From Utricularia gibba (taxonomy: Eukaryota; Plantae; Magnoliophyta): a stretch of DNA of 64,000 bases. Position numbers and translations under genes: made by a program. Below, piece after piece: positions 1 through 12,145 of the stretch (positions are counted from its first letter, which is position 1; the number at the start of each line of letters is the position of its first letter). A model generated the notes under the pieces. That model ran no database searches, was not told where the DNA came from, and saw only the letters and a list, made by a program, of their open reading frames with translations. The stretch is from contig NEEC01000011.1 in the NCBI GenBank assembly GCA_002189035.1, forward strand, positions 1,178,001 through 1,242,000. Reading direction: 5' to 3'.

Positions 1-3000
1 GTTGTTGTTTTAGATGCTATATCACTTTCAAATCATTTGACACTATGAGCATATCATCAACATAAATCATAAGAAAAATATGAGAAGTGTTTAGATTGCC
101 CTTGAAAAAAATGTGCTAGAGCCATATTCACTTCTTTGAAAGCTAAGTTTTAACATGAGCATAGCAAACCTTTTATACCATTGTCAAGGGGGTTGTTTTA
201 AACTATATAAAGCTTTATTTAACTTGAATACCATGTGTTCCTTCCCCTTGATAGTGAAGCCATTAGGCCATCTTGTCATCCTTCTTGCGCAGTTCAAGGT
301 CCATGACTACAACCATACTCAAAACAAATTGAATTATAGTGAGATTAATAATTGGTGCATAGACATCATTGAAATCTATTCCAAATATCTGGCTGAATCC
401 CTTGGCAACTAAACATTCTTTGAACCTTACATCCTCTATTTTAAGGATTCCACGCTTAATTGGGTAGATCCATTTTCCTTTTATGACCTGTTTACCCTTT
501 GATAACTTCCTCAAAATTCATGTATTATCTTTTTTCATTGAGTCCATTTCATCCTCCATTGCAATTCACCATCTTTTAGCATGCTCGCATTTTATAGCAG
601 CCTAGAAACTACTTGGTTCATTATTATATTATGTTGCATCGACTACACTCAGTGCAAAAGCGAAGCAGTCTACATCGACATGTCATCTTGGTGGATGTAT
701 TGTCCTTCTTGGTCTACAAGTTGAAATGTATTTTGATTCTATGATGGTATGTTATGTTTCTTGAACATTTGAAGGTGGTTGTTGACTAGTTTCTGGTAGT
801 TAATGATTGTTATCAAAAGTCAACTCAATTTCTTTATTTTTTTTTATTCTCGAAATTTAGATTGTCTATATCTTCATAAATCGTTTGAAAATACTCTGTC
901 AGCATATATTCTTCATTAAAGAATGACTCTCCTTAACACAAGACACCACAACTTGTATCCTTTCACTCCTAGTTTGAAACCAATAAATACACATTTGAGG
1001 GCTCATGACTTGAGTTTGCCATTGTCAAGAAGAACATATACTGAAGAGCCAAATATTTTGATGTTCTCATAGTATCTAGCTTCCCCTTTCCATAGGTCCT
1101 AGGGTGTTTTACAATCAATGGCTGTTGAAAGTGCCCTATTGATTAGGACAGTTGTATAAGCAGCAGCTTCTGCCCAGAATCTATTAGGCAATTTGACAGC
1201 AAAAAGCATGCACCTTACTTTTCTCCATAATTGTTTTATTCATCCTTTCTACCACTCTGTTTTGCTGTGGAGTATGCAAGTTTGTCTTGTCTCTAAGAAT
1301 CTCTTATTTCTTGCAATATCATTCAAATTCAAAGGAGCAAAACTCCAAATCATTGTTTGTCCAAAGCTTCTTTACTTATAGGTCAATTTGTTTTTCAAAC
1401 ATATTCTTTTAGTCCTTGAAAGTTTGCAGAGCATCTGATTTATGTCTTAAGAAGAAAATCCACACCTTCCTTGAGTAACCATCTACTATGCTCATGAAGA
1501 AGGTTGCCCTAGAAAATGAAGGAGTAGTTGTACAATCTCACAAATCTGAGTGAACATAAGCAAGTAGACTTTGTGTATTATGTATTTCCTTCTCAAATCC
1601 AACTCTCTTGCTCTTTCCCATAACACAGAGTCACAGAATTCTAGATCGCCAATCTTTTGTCCATTGAGTAGACTACGTATGCTTAAGGTTTTTAGCCCTT
1701 GCTCACTCATGTGACCAAGTCTCAAGTATCAAAATAAGGCATTTTTTTTCATCACGTGGTGTGCTACCTATCATTGTATTGATTTATCTCACTTTAATTA
1801 TACCTTGCAGAATGTACAATTTAAAAGGCTACCTTACTCCTGTCATTACTATCAATGAGCCATTGCTCACTTAAAGTACCCATTGCTACTACTGAAAGTG
1901 AATTCCTTCTCTAAACTACACAAAGGGATGAGATTTTTCTTGATTCCCGAAACATGTCTGAGACCTTTTAGAGTTTGAGTTACTCCATCATGCATTTTTA
2001 TTCGAATGGTTCCATTACTTGCTAATTCTTTTGTAAAGTTATCACCCATAAACACTGAACCTCTAGTATGAGAAGCCTAAGTGGTGGACTCATCCTTGCT
2101 TGAGCATACATGGAATGCACATGCACTATCCATAATCCAACAGTCTTTAAACTGGTCTTGCTTTTGAGCCATATATAATAGTTCAGCCTCTTGTTCCATT
2201 TCAAGCACTAATAAATCACCATCACTGTCTTCGACTACATAGCTAGCTTCCCAATTAACAAGTTTCCAAATTTTCTTCTCATCCTTTTCCTTTTCCACTT
2301 CCTTCTTTTGTGAGTTCTACCATTTGTAGCAATCCTTTTTAATATGACAATTTATCTTACAAAAATTTTATACCTTGTTTCTATGTCTAGACTTGGATCA
2401 GTCCCACTTCCTTCTCACCAAGATTTTGTTTCTCAATTGTTCTCCCAAGGACAAGTAGACTTTCACCATGTATGATTGATGTTGTTGTGATGGTTTTTGC
2501 AATCTCTTTGGAGTAAATCTTCTCATACACTTCTTTCAAAGTCAAGGTGGTTCTTGTATACAAGGGTGTATCTATGAAGTGTTGTTCATATCAGGTAGGT
2601 AGAGAGCATAATAGTAAAATACTTAGATCCTCTTCTTTATATTTAGCTCCCACTACATTTAAAATAGCAATAAGTTCCTTGAATATTTTGAGGTGAGTTT
2701 CCAGACCGCCTCCCTCAACTAATCTATGATAATACAATTTCTTTTTTAGACTTAATTTTTTGGAGAGTGATTTAGCCAAATAGATAGCTTTCAAAGCATC
2801 CCAAAGCTCTTTTGTACTTTCATAGTCTTCCACTTCTTCTCCAACTCATCCGGTAGATATAAGTAGATTTGAAATCTTTCCTTTCTATCTCTTGCCTCAT
2901 TTTCCTCCCTTGAGTAGACCTTGCTCATTTTCTCGATTCCATATATGGCATCATCTAGATCAAGATGCATCAATATGGGCTACATCTTAAGCTCTCAAAC

Positions 3001-3650
3001 CTTAAAGTGTGCTCCTCTATCTAGAATGAGGATATCACATCTTAAAAAACCATAGCTTATTAACTGAATGATATTTTCAAAATAGAGTCACACATAACAC
3101 TTGAGAAGTCCAAAATATAGAGATAAATCAGAAAACCAAAAGTCTAAAATACCATAAAATCCAGAAGACCAGAAAATACAGTGAGGTTGAGGTTGAACTC
3201 CAACTTTGATACCACTTGTTATATAATGAGTGTTAGTTTGCATTCCAATTTTCTTTTTAATCGTTTTGTGTGTGAGGAAGTAAAAAAAGAACATGATGCT
3301 TACATGGAAAATCCAAAGGGAGAAAACCACAAGCAAGGAAATGCCATTCACTAGAGAAATATCAATGATGAGATAACAGTTTCTACTAGCTAAGTTAACG
3401 CTATGGATGAATAAGATGAACACTTATGCATATATAGAGCACAAAGCTTCTACCTTTTTTTGCCTTGCATTTTGACATCAACTTCCTTTTGAAAAGGAAA
3501 GAATGGAGGCCTATAGTTTAGGCCTTCCCAAGGTGCATCTCTATGCGCAACGTGGATGCCTGATGGCTATCTTGACCTTAGCCCAAACAATGGGACTAAT
3601 TGGTACAATAATAATACACACGAACCCATGTCATAATTAATAGGTTGATT
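1..3650 (-). mobile_element. Degraded Ty1/copia LTR retrotransposon (5' LTR, PBS, gag, PR, INT, RT; runs off the window start)
   Basis: Met-type PBS TGGTATCAAAG on - strand at 3204-3214, with the LTR edge at 3217. Gag (LWDALKAIYLAKSLSKKLSLKKKLY, 2591-2833), protease (WIMDSACAFHVC, 2077-2298), GAG-pre-integrase (RLGHMSEQGLKTL, 1492-1725), integrase (FWAEAAAYTTVLINR near 1150-1190) and RT (GKWIY..CLVAKGFSQIFGIDFNDVYAP, 263-514) lie in copia order. Many stops and frameshifts. The outer LTR end is approximate. Confidence 0.9.
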
Positions 3651-4208
3651 ATTCAATACCCATTAATGATATTATGGTCCATGATGAAAAGATGTATTGT
3701 CTCACAAGTCTCAAGGATTGCTAGAGTGCTCACCATATGCTTTGTGGTAGAGTGCTCTCATGTAACTCATACTTGCAGGTCTTGAGAGCTAATCTTCATG
3801 CCTGATGAGGTTCATCAGGTGTTGTCACATTTTGAAAAAAATAAGATGATCTTTTTCATCCAGCAATTGGATTCCAAGTCTATTTCAAGATACCTATAAA
3901 TTTATCGCCATGGACTTGTACAAGGTTGATTTCAACTTGATGCTTATCCCTAATCCTCACAAGAAATGTCCCATCTTGGATATTTTCGATGGTGGGTCAC
4001 ATCTTTGCCAAAATATCGAAAACTTGGTTTTACTTACAAGGGTGTTCTACAAAAAATTCCTATTGCTTTCAATTTTTGCAAGTATGCCACCAATACAAGT
4101 TCTTAGGCCTCTAACGTTTCCATTAAAATGGAAAAGCTGATAGCACATATTTCATAAAATGGGATGTAAGAATCATTGGGTTCCAGATCACCCCAAAGAT
4201 AAAAAACT

Positions 4209-5456
4209 TGATAACACGCATTTCGTTCATGTTTCAATATTGTAAATTTAATATATTTAGTAGTAAAATTAGATGTTTATATTTTGGTAATAATATTTAT
4301 GCTTTTATGTGTCAAAGTAGATTGATTTAATCTAACTTATGTTTTTTTAATATTTATCCATGTATTAGCATCAGTGTTACAAAATAAGTCAGGCTTAGTT
4401 TACATGCATAAAGTCAATGGAATGCAATACATACGGAGAGTGGCATGATGGATTATCCTACAACTAGCATTTTGTAGGTTCAAGCCATGAGAATTCAGAA
4501 GAGTGATGTTTTGGAAAAGTGAGTGAAACAAAACTCATGGAAGATATTTCTCAAACATTTAAAACAAAAAAAAAAAAAAAAGACATGGACCGAAGGGGAG
4601 GAAGAAGCTGATTTGAGGATGGGACTTCAACTTGTAGCTCTTCCATCCCAATACTCAATTTCAGTGCTATTGTTTCAAGTTGGGTATAATAACTAACAGA
4701 GAAAAACAATGGATCTCTATTTTTGTCATGCTTTTCAAAAATTCAGTGTTGGGTCTATTATGCAAATGAATATTACTCTATCTTTAGTTTTAGTTTATGA
4801 AGATAAATTTACTATTTCAACATGTATGTCTAAATTGCATAACTGGGACTTTGGATTTGCAAAGGTGTTATGGTGACTTTAGTTCTTCTTTTTTGTTTAC
4901 GTTTTTGTATGTTTTGTTATTTTACCATATATTGGGTAAACCAAAGGGTAGGTGAATAGTAAACGTAACTTAGAAATTCGATTTGGAAGTAAACTAAATA
5001 AACATGATAGGTATAATATGTGATATTCTTGAGTAAAAACAATAAAATCGAATAGATCTAGTTATATTAATTTCATGAAAGATCTAAAGTTGTGAAAGGG
5101 TAAAAACATGGATTAGATTTAAAACTTGATTTTGCCACATCAATGGAGTTATCTTAGAACATCATTGTTTTACTTTGTATCAAACTTGAATTTTATTACT
5201 TCATTAGTTTGTATTTATTTATTTATTTATTTATTTTTGTTCTATATTCAGCCTTTAGTTTAAGTTAAGATTTAAAATATAATTATTCTATGACTCTAAA
5301 TCTAGAAGTTACACTACAAATAATAACTCGTCATGTTGGACTTCGATTTTTCTATGTATATTTTGAATTGTATTTTATTGTAAATTACGTTCTATAAATT
5401 TTATTTGATATAAAGCCTTTGAATTTTTATAATAACGAAAGAATTTTTGTTTACCA
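4209..5456 (+). mobile_element. Solo LTR, family X copy 1
   Basis: Starts TGATAACACGCATTT and ends GTTTACCA. Flanks AAACT/AAACA (4/5 TSD match). Shares the internal motif TTCAGTGCTA(C/T)TGTT and the 3' block with the copies at 13190, 16263, 29725 and 33589. Confidence 0.7.
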
Positions 5457-6914
5457 AAACACACCTATTAACACTATTTAAGGAAGATTCTCTCAAATCA
5501 AACTATGAGATTTCATGGAAAATGCATAATTTATGGAGAAAGTTTGGGATGTGTAAGAAGATCTAGGAGTCTTATTTATGTTTTTCATTAAACAAGTTTT
5601 GCACGGTGAGTGATGGAAGAACAATCATCTTGTCCAACCATTTTTCCTCCTATCTTGTTTTATTATGATTTTCAAGATTACAGCAACTCCGACGATGAGG
5701 ATGGTGTCGTGTCTTCAGGGACTATGGAGGTTTATTAGATTTTTGGTCACTGCGTTTTCACTGTGTAAGATTTTTTACCACCCCAAGTGATAAAAATTGG
5801 TTTTACTGTGTGAGAGAGGGAAGGTAAATGGCCAGATTTCTAAAAGTCCGCGTTCGCGTCGGAGTTCTTATGCCTGTGACTTTAATTAGTAACGGATATA
5901 GGGAAAATCAGATAAGCCAATTCATCAATAAAATAAATTTAAAATAGGCACACTTCTAGTATTAGTTTAGCTAAAATAAGTAAACGAATATGATAATCCA
6001 AATATTAATTTCCGATAATCCACTTTGATTTGTTGTGTGATTAATTATAGAAGCTTTTTTAGAGGATCCAAGGTAATTAACCAGTGAAAAAGGGAATGTA
6101 AATTTGAGTTTCATGAAATTTTAGTGACGGCCCACCTCAACTTCAGTGTGCCGGCCCATTTTAATTCTATTGAAATGATTAAAAAAGTTTTTTTATAGAG
6201 GATTTAAGACATTCGGCAATGAGAACAAAAATGAGATGATGCTGAGAGTCCTGAAGACATCTTATTCAAAACCCGCTTGTGTCGTTGAACTAGAGATCCT
6301 ACAAGTTCCTTATCCTAAAAATTGATTGAGATGAAGATGAGTGTTCGGAGTTGTTACTCATTTAGTCTATTTTTCGACAATGCACCAGGGAGAAATGTCA
6401 CTGTGGCTCATGGCTTGAGCCCATTTTGCCTGGATTGGTGAACTACATTTCATGATAGGATAAGGATGCTTTGGTTGGTTTACCAAATAGATGAACCAGC
6501 TGCAGCTGTAGATAAAGGCATAATCTTTGAAGACAAGATAGAAGAGAGAAACGGATTTCCAAAGCTCGAATGCTTTGATTCGTAGCGACGATCGGGTATT
6601 CAAGGCCTGCATCAATTGGTAGAGCCGAAGTGGAGAAACAGATGGTTCTGTTCACAGTTGGAGAAGGCCCCAATCTCAAAGACCTCAAGATAGTTTCTGA
6701 GAAGTCCATGTATTAGTTACTCTTACAGTACAATCGATTCTTTTCCAAATTCTTTCTACTCGTAAATTTCAGAAACGTCAATACAAGCAGCACAATAAGA
6801 TTTATAGTCATTGCATTTCCATGTACAATTTCTCAACCAGATGATAACTTCCCCTCCACCACAACGTCACAAGAAGTCAAGCGCCAATATTCAGATGGGA
6901 AACAAAATATTGTA

Positions 6915-7246
6915 CTAAAGCACCTTAAGTTTTCCCCTTGCTATGGTTTCTTTTGCCATCTTCAATCTGCAACTTGTCTTCTGAGCCGCTTCCAATCCTG
7001 AACACACATTCCCATCCCCGAAAGTCACGGCAAAGTACAGATAAATGGAGCATAGAACTCCAGGAGAACAAGTGCTGTTAGCAGAAAATAATGTCTCTTG
7101 ATGAGAGTAGAACAGTCTCCCATTTCTCCTGGCTTTGGCGATAGTTTCTTCAATGACTCTGGTGGAAATGCTATCTGCTGCGGCTGAGATCTCTGGCGAG
7201 GTGAAGATATCACGCTTTCAATAGCCATATCTAACACGCAGGCCAT
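6915..7246 (-). CDS. Small (~110 aa) single-pass membrane protein of unknown function; one -1 frameshift at about 7055
   Basis: MACVLDMAIESVISSPRQ...GDCSTLIKRHYFLLTALVLLEF, then, after restoring one C at about 7055, LCSIYLYFAVTFGDGNVCSGLEAAQKTSCRLKMAKETIARGKLKVL* (TAG at 6915-6917). It has one hydrophobic segment. From memory it resembles a conserved uncharacterised plant family (CSTL..RHRFLL..L..LC.IYLYFA.TLG..C.GL...C...GKLK); not verified by search. Confidence 0.65.
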
Positions 7247-7739
7247 AACAACAATAAGTTTCAAGTTTAGGGAGATAATATACAGTAAACGCAAGATGTA
7301 ACAACATTTCCTGTCAGAAGCTTCAGAGAAATAACTAGGGGAAGAATGCTCCAGTAAGCCTTTTGGTAGATTTTTCAGTTTTAGAACAACGCATAAAGAA
7401 AACCCACAAACAATAGGATAACCAATAATCAACAAGGGAAGAAACCAGAAATTCGTTTCTTTCACAAGCATGAGATTGCTATTAATTCCTGGACAGCATC
7501 TCGTTTAGTGTTTACCACCTCATCAGATACGGAATTCAAGGCACCAACTCAGAATCTAAGCCTAATAAAAAAAGCTTCACCAGCACCTTCAATGGAAGAA
7601 ACTCGGTAATCACAAAATCTCAAACTTGATCCCAAATCAACGCCACACTTTAACCTAACCTACTTCATGCTTTACTAAAAGCAAGGCGAAAACACAACAG
7701 ATCTGTGAGCAATCGGGGAAACAAGGGATGAGCACTCAC

Positions 7740-7860
7740 CTTGGCTGCGGGAAAGAGCCCTCGACACCTTGGCTGGAGGCGGGTTGTTAGTTACCACGCG
7801 CTTTCTTCCACCAAACACCACGTACTTTCCATTTCGGCGCACCTCCAGAATCCAGCCTTA
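7740..7860 (-). other. Probable non-coding first exon of the 6915-7246 gene, with a 13-codon uORF (7791-7832)
   Basis: GC-rich block ending in a strong donor AAG|GTGAGT at 7740/7739. Candidate acceptor TGACAG|G at 7311/7310. The ATG at 7832 gives MESTWCLVEESAW*. Confidence 0.45.
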
Positions 7861-8245
7861 AATGGTAATTGCCCATTGCCCATTGCCAATTGCCAATTGT
7901 CAATTGCCATGCATTTTTATTTTATTCATATTAAAATAAAATCGAGCTGTCATGGAATAGTATATTTTTTCCCGAATGAATCCTGTATTAATTCTAATTC
8001 TCACACACAAAATGACACCATGATTTAAAAATGCTGACCACGAATACGATATCCTTCCTTCCTTTATGTGTTTGAGTACCCTGTTGTTTCAATTTCTTAT
8101 TTTTACATTAAATTTGAGTCACTCACGACACACCCCATTTGACTTGGAAGTCAAAATCCATTCCGCAATTGAAATTGACGTTTGCTGCTCCAACACATCT
8201 TGCTTGTTCCACCCTCATGTACATTAAATTACTGTATATGTATGA

Positions 8246-9163
8246 AGTGTGTGTTAGTTTTTTAGTAATCTCATAAGAATGATGTTGATTTTCTTGTACA
8301 TTTTACATGAATTGGTGTATGTTGTTTTATGGAGTATTATTGATTGGAGTGATTAAAGTGAGATAGAGTAGAAGAATAAAAAAAAAAAAAGAGGAATAAC
8401 ATTATATCTCAATCAATCATCAACATTCTATTTATCTCATTCTCAATAATATAAAAAATAGAAAAAAAGAGGGAGGGAGCGAGGGGGATCTTGGACGATA
8501 TCAAGAAAGGGAAAGGAGAAGAGTTATTGTTTTAGAGGAAGCAGCAAGCAACATTTCCAGTGAAAATGGGTAATTAATTAAATTGATTTCGCTTTCATTT
8601 CTGCATTTGAAATTAGTTGCTTACTAATTTTCATGTGATGCTTTAGGGATTGAGGGATTTGATTAAATTCGGATGCTTGGGAGTGTTTTATATGATTTTT
8701 TTTCATCAATAACAAGATATATCTAAAAAGTGGAATGAAAAAACACTCAATATAGGATACCCAAGTTGGAAGTAGACCAAATAATAAGGATAGTAGAATT
8801 TCTAGATTTTTTCACATAGGGATTAATAGGAATAAGTAGACTTTATTGTATTTTTTCGACTTAAATATAAGTATGGTTTTCAGATCATTAGGAAGAAAGA
8901 AACAACAACAAAAAAAAAACAAATAGAGGAATCCTTGATAGATCTATCTAGACCATTTCACATTGACAATCATTTTCAAGTTTAGAATAAAAAGCCAAAT
9001 TAATCCTCTTGTAAAATTCATGAGAGTGTTTTAATTTAATGAATTTAACATTTAGATTTCAGTGTATTATTTTTTGCGATTTGGTGTCCATGATGTTAGT
9101 GTTAGTTGTGAATTAAAGCTAAACTTAACGTCGAGTAATGAATGAATCAAATACACTACAACA
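8246..9163. mobile_element. Candidate old solo LTR
   Basis: TATGA flanks both sides (8241-8245 and 9164-9168). The right end is ...ACTACAACA; the left end reads AG instead of TG. LTR-like purine-rich core, no ORF. Confidence 0.35.
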
Positions 9164-10122
9164 TATGACCTCGTTATGTTCTCAGAATCCATTATGCACT
9201 TTCTTTTAATTTGTATTTTGTGTGAAATATTTACAACAAATTTGTGAAAATTCCCCTATTATCGCGCACAAGTGCAATGGATGTTGCAGCAGCCTTTTTT
9301 GCGGTGTGGAGGAGATCACCTGATCTGTGACTCCTTGGTTTTATGGTTCACGTTTTCATTGAAAAACTCTCAAATGAATTGCAAGTCAAATCCCATATAC
9401 GAGATCAATATGTTGTGCTCGGGAAAATGTATATTCACAATCAACCCAATTTAAGTTCGATTTTTTAGGTTGTTCTTATTCAAATGTATGAAAATGAATG
9501 ATGACATGGAAAATAAGAAAAATGGAAGTGCAAATAACATTAGAGAAATTTCCAAAAAAAAAAAAAAAAAAAACACTACTCGACATCTCTACAACTCATG
9601 GATGCTGATCGTTGGTGGCATATCCCTACCCAACGCATCTCTTCCTGTAATTACAAGACTAGAAGATCCCACCAACTTTGTCCACCATCGGTGCTGGTGG
9701 GGGCCGGGCGGTCTGGATGCCGCATTACAAGTCGAGCTTCTTTTGTTGCGTGTCCAATGTTTTCTTGATTACTCGAATTATTGCCCCTATATTGACACTT
9801 AAGGCTTTGGGGCGTTCGTCCTTATCGATAAATTCTATGGGGCGATATCGAGCTCTATAGTGATGCCCTTATATTGACACTCACCATTGGCTGATGTTTG
9901 GAGTGTTTTTAAGTTGTCATCCAATCGCTCACTATGCAGTGTTCATGCGCTCCTCTTTAGGTCTCCCTTCGAGCATATGCCCTCATGAGCCATCCGAGTA
10001 TCCCAGCCTCTACGCACTATTTAGGGCAGTTGCCTTTTGTCTCTTCATCCTATCTTACATGGGAGTTGATTGTCACTAATGTTGATTGTTCTTCCAATGG
10101 CTTACAGCTAATAAGGCTCTAT

Positions 10123-10190
10123 TGTTATGTTGTTGGATTTGTGAGCATGTCACTGGCTGCATAGAGTAAGAAAAGGGTAGGAACTCAACT
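10123..10190 (-). repeat. LTR fragment homologous to 15788-15850
   Basis: TGTTATGTTGTTGGATTT(G/T)TGAGCATGTCA..TAAGAAAAGGGTAGGAAC occurs at both 10123 and 15788; the second copy adjoins a PBS. Confidence 0.7.
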
Positions 10191-12145
10191 AGAAAAGAGG
10201 TGAAATTGGATACATTACTAGCAATACCAGGATTATTAAAGGAAGTTAAAGAAGGCTCAGAAAAGATGATTTGTGACTACCCAATCTTAACTATAATACT
10301 AGAATTTAGGTTGTTTTTCATAACGTGATCCATTGTCATCGAAGTGGGTAAATATGTTAATAAACTATAAATAATGCTCTATCCAAGTGTTTTTGTCTAA
10401 CATAGTTCATAATCAAATAGATTCAAAATTTAGTATATAGTAAACAAGCTATGCTACTATGCATGCATCCATACAACTCGGAGAAATTTGGTTGATCACA
10501 GAACCCCTATTGAATTACTTCATCCCCTAAAATAAATAAAAGAGTAGTCATGTTTTTGAATTTTAAAACAAGTCAAAACCATAAAATATAACAAGATAGA
10601 ATATAAAGAGTTTATAAAAGTAACTTGAAGCATATTGTGAGTTCCCAAAATTATCTTTTACTACTTATCATGACCATCCAATCTTAACACTACTATCAAA
10701 TTAAGATAGGTGAGACGAGACATAAGGTGTCCTTGCCCATGGTTCCATGCTCAGGAGATCCACCTCTGATCATAGAACCACAAACTCAAATTATAAATAA
10801 CATATCTTATCATATATTTCTTGCATAACCTTCATACGTTTTAACCTTCCATTTGTACATGGTGCCTCATATATGCATGGCATATTAGCTATAATGTCCC
10901 TGGTAAAATCACGTTGCTAGAGATATGTGTCCATACCTCCTCCATTGATTCCTAAATTGTTTATCACGTAATACATAAAGATACATACCGCACAAGCTAC
11001 AATAAAAACATGACATCTCAAAAGCAATAGAGGTGATTATTCTTAGTAAAGAGAATCATATTTTTGAGACTCAAAAATAATTTTCCGAAACAACATGAAA
11101 TAACTTACTCCCTTTTACAATTTTTAAACAATGTAAAAAGTTTCAAAGAGTAGCCAAAATCACATTCAAGATAGTGGAAAATCAAGCACCAACACCACAT
11201 AGGCACATAAGTTTGCATAAATTAGTTTCAAGATAAACAAAACTTCAAAAGCAATCATCCTATTTATTTGACACCTTAGACTCCAAATCATCTTTAACTC
11301 TTCATTCACTTTAGTTATTGTAACCTTTCCATCCAACCTCTTCTCTTTACCTTTTTAAAACTCGAAAAATGAGTGAAATAAACCTAAATTTCATTATGTA
11401 TATTCCCTTTTACACCTTATCTTTATTTTACGTGCCACAACAAGTGGCATACATATAAGATGAATATGTGATGCATATGCAAGATCAACATGTGGCACGC
11501 ATGCAAGATCAACATGTGGTACCACCTCATGGTTATACTTGGATACATCTGATTAGTTGGGTCATAATCCATACATAGACGTCATCCCCCATCTTTCTTT
11601 GGGATAAGAATAGCTGGGGCATAGAATGGTGGGGTGTTGTTCTCTATCCATCCCTTTGCGATAAAAACTCATACTTGATTTTCGATCTCATTTCTATGTT
11701 TTTTTTGGATCCAGTCATCAGATGATTTTTGTGATCATAGAAACAATGGAGTGATTACTCAATGGGTTCTTCAAATATCGATTGGTGCTACTCAATCAAT
11801 CCTTTCATTATTTATCTCCAGAAATTGAAGTCTACTATCAATGTAACTCTAAGTTATCTTGCGAGGGGGTTACTCAGGGTCTAGTACCCTTGAATTCGAT
11901 GTTTTTGATTTCGGTCTATAAATGTCATCTCTTGTTGTTTGAAATCCCATGTTATTGGTCCGACCATCCTGAGTCAATCATACCCCAAAACTTGTGAGAA
12001 TCCAACCAATGACAATAAATGGAGGTTCATGACGAAATGATAACTGCCAATCACTAGTGGAATCGTTAGAAAAGTCTTGGGCAGGAGAGTGATTCCCCAT
12101 GTCCTATCATGGCCCTCATCCTCTTTATGTGAGAGGTGAGCATTT

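Noticed and set aside
3660-4200. Coding-like fragment tried as CACTA, LINE or RNaseH
   Set aside because: No frame gave a convincing motif; left unassigned.
6367-6709. Possible PPR-like gene fragment
   Set aside because: The similarity was impressionistic, with no full repeat or gene structure.
9600-10080. GC-richer block possibly from a gypsy gag-protease region, with a duplicated CCCT(A/TA)TATTGACACT motif
   Set aside because: No diagnostic catalytic motif could be read; too weak to call.
11585-11600. Purine tract AAAGAAAGATGGGGGA followed by TG on the - strand, resembling a PPT defining a 3' LTR at 10123-11584
   Set aside because: It is RT coding sequence (PKKDGG*RLCMDY, equivalent to KKDGSWRFCVDY), so not a PPT.
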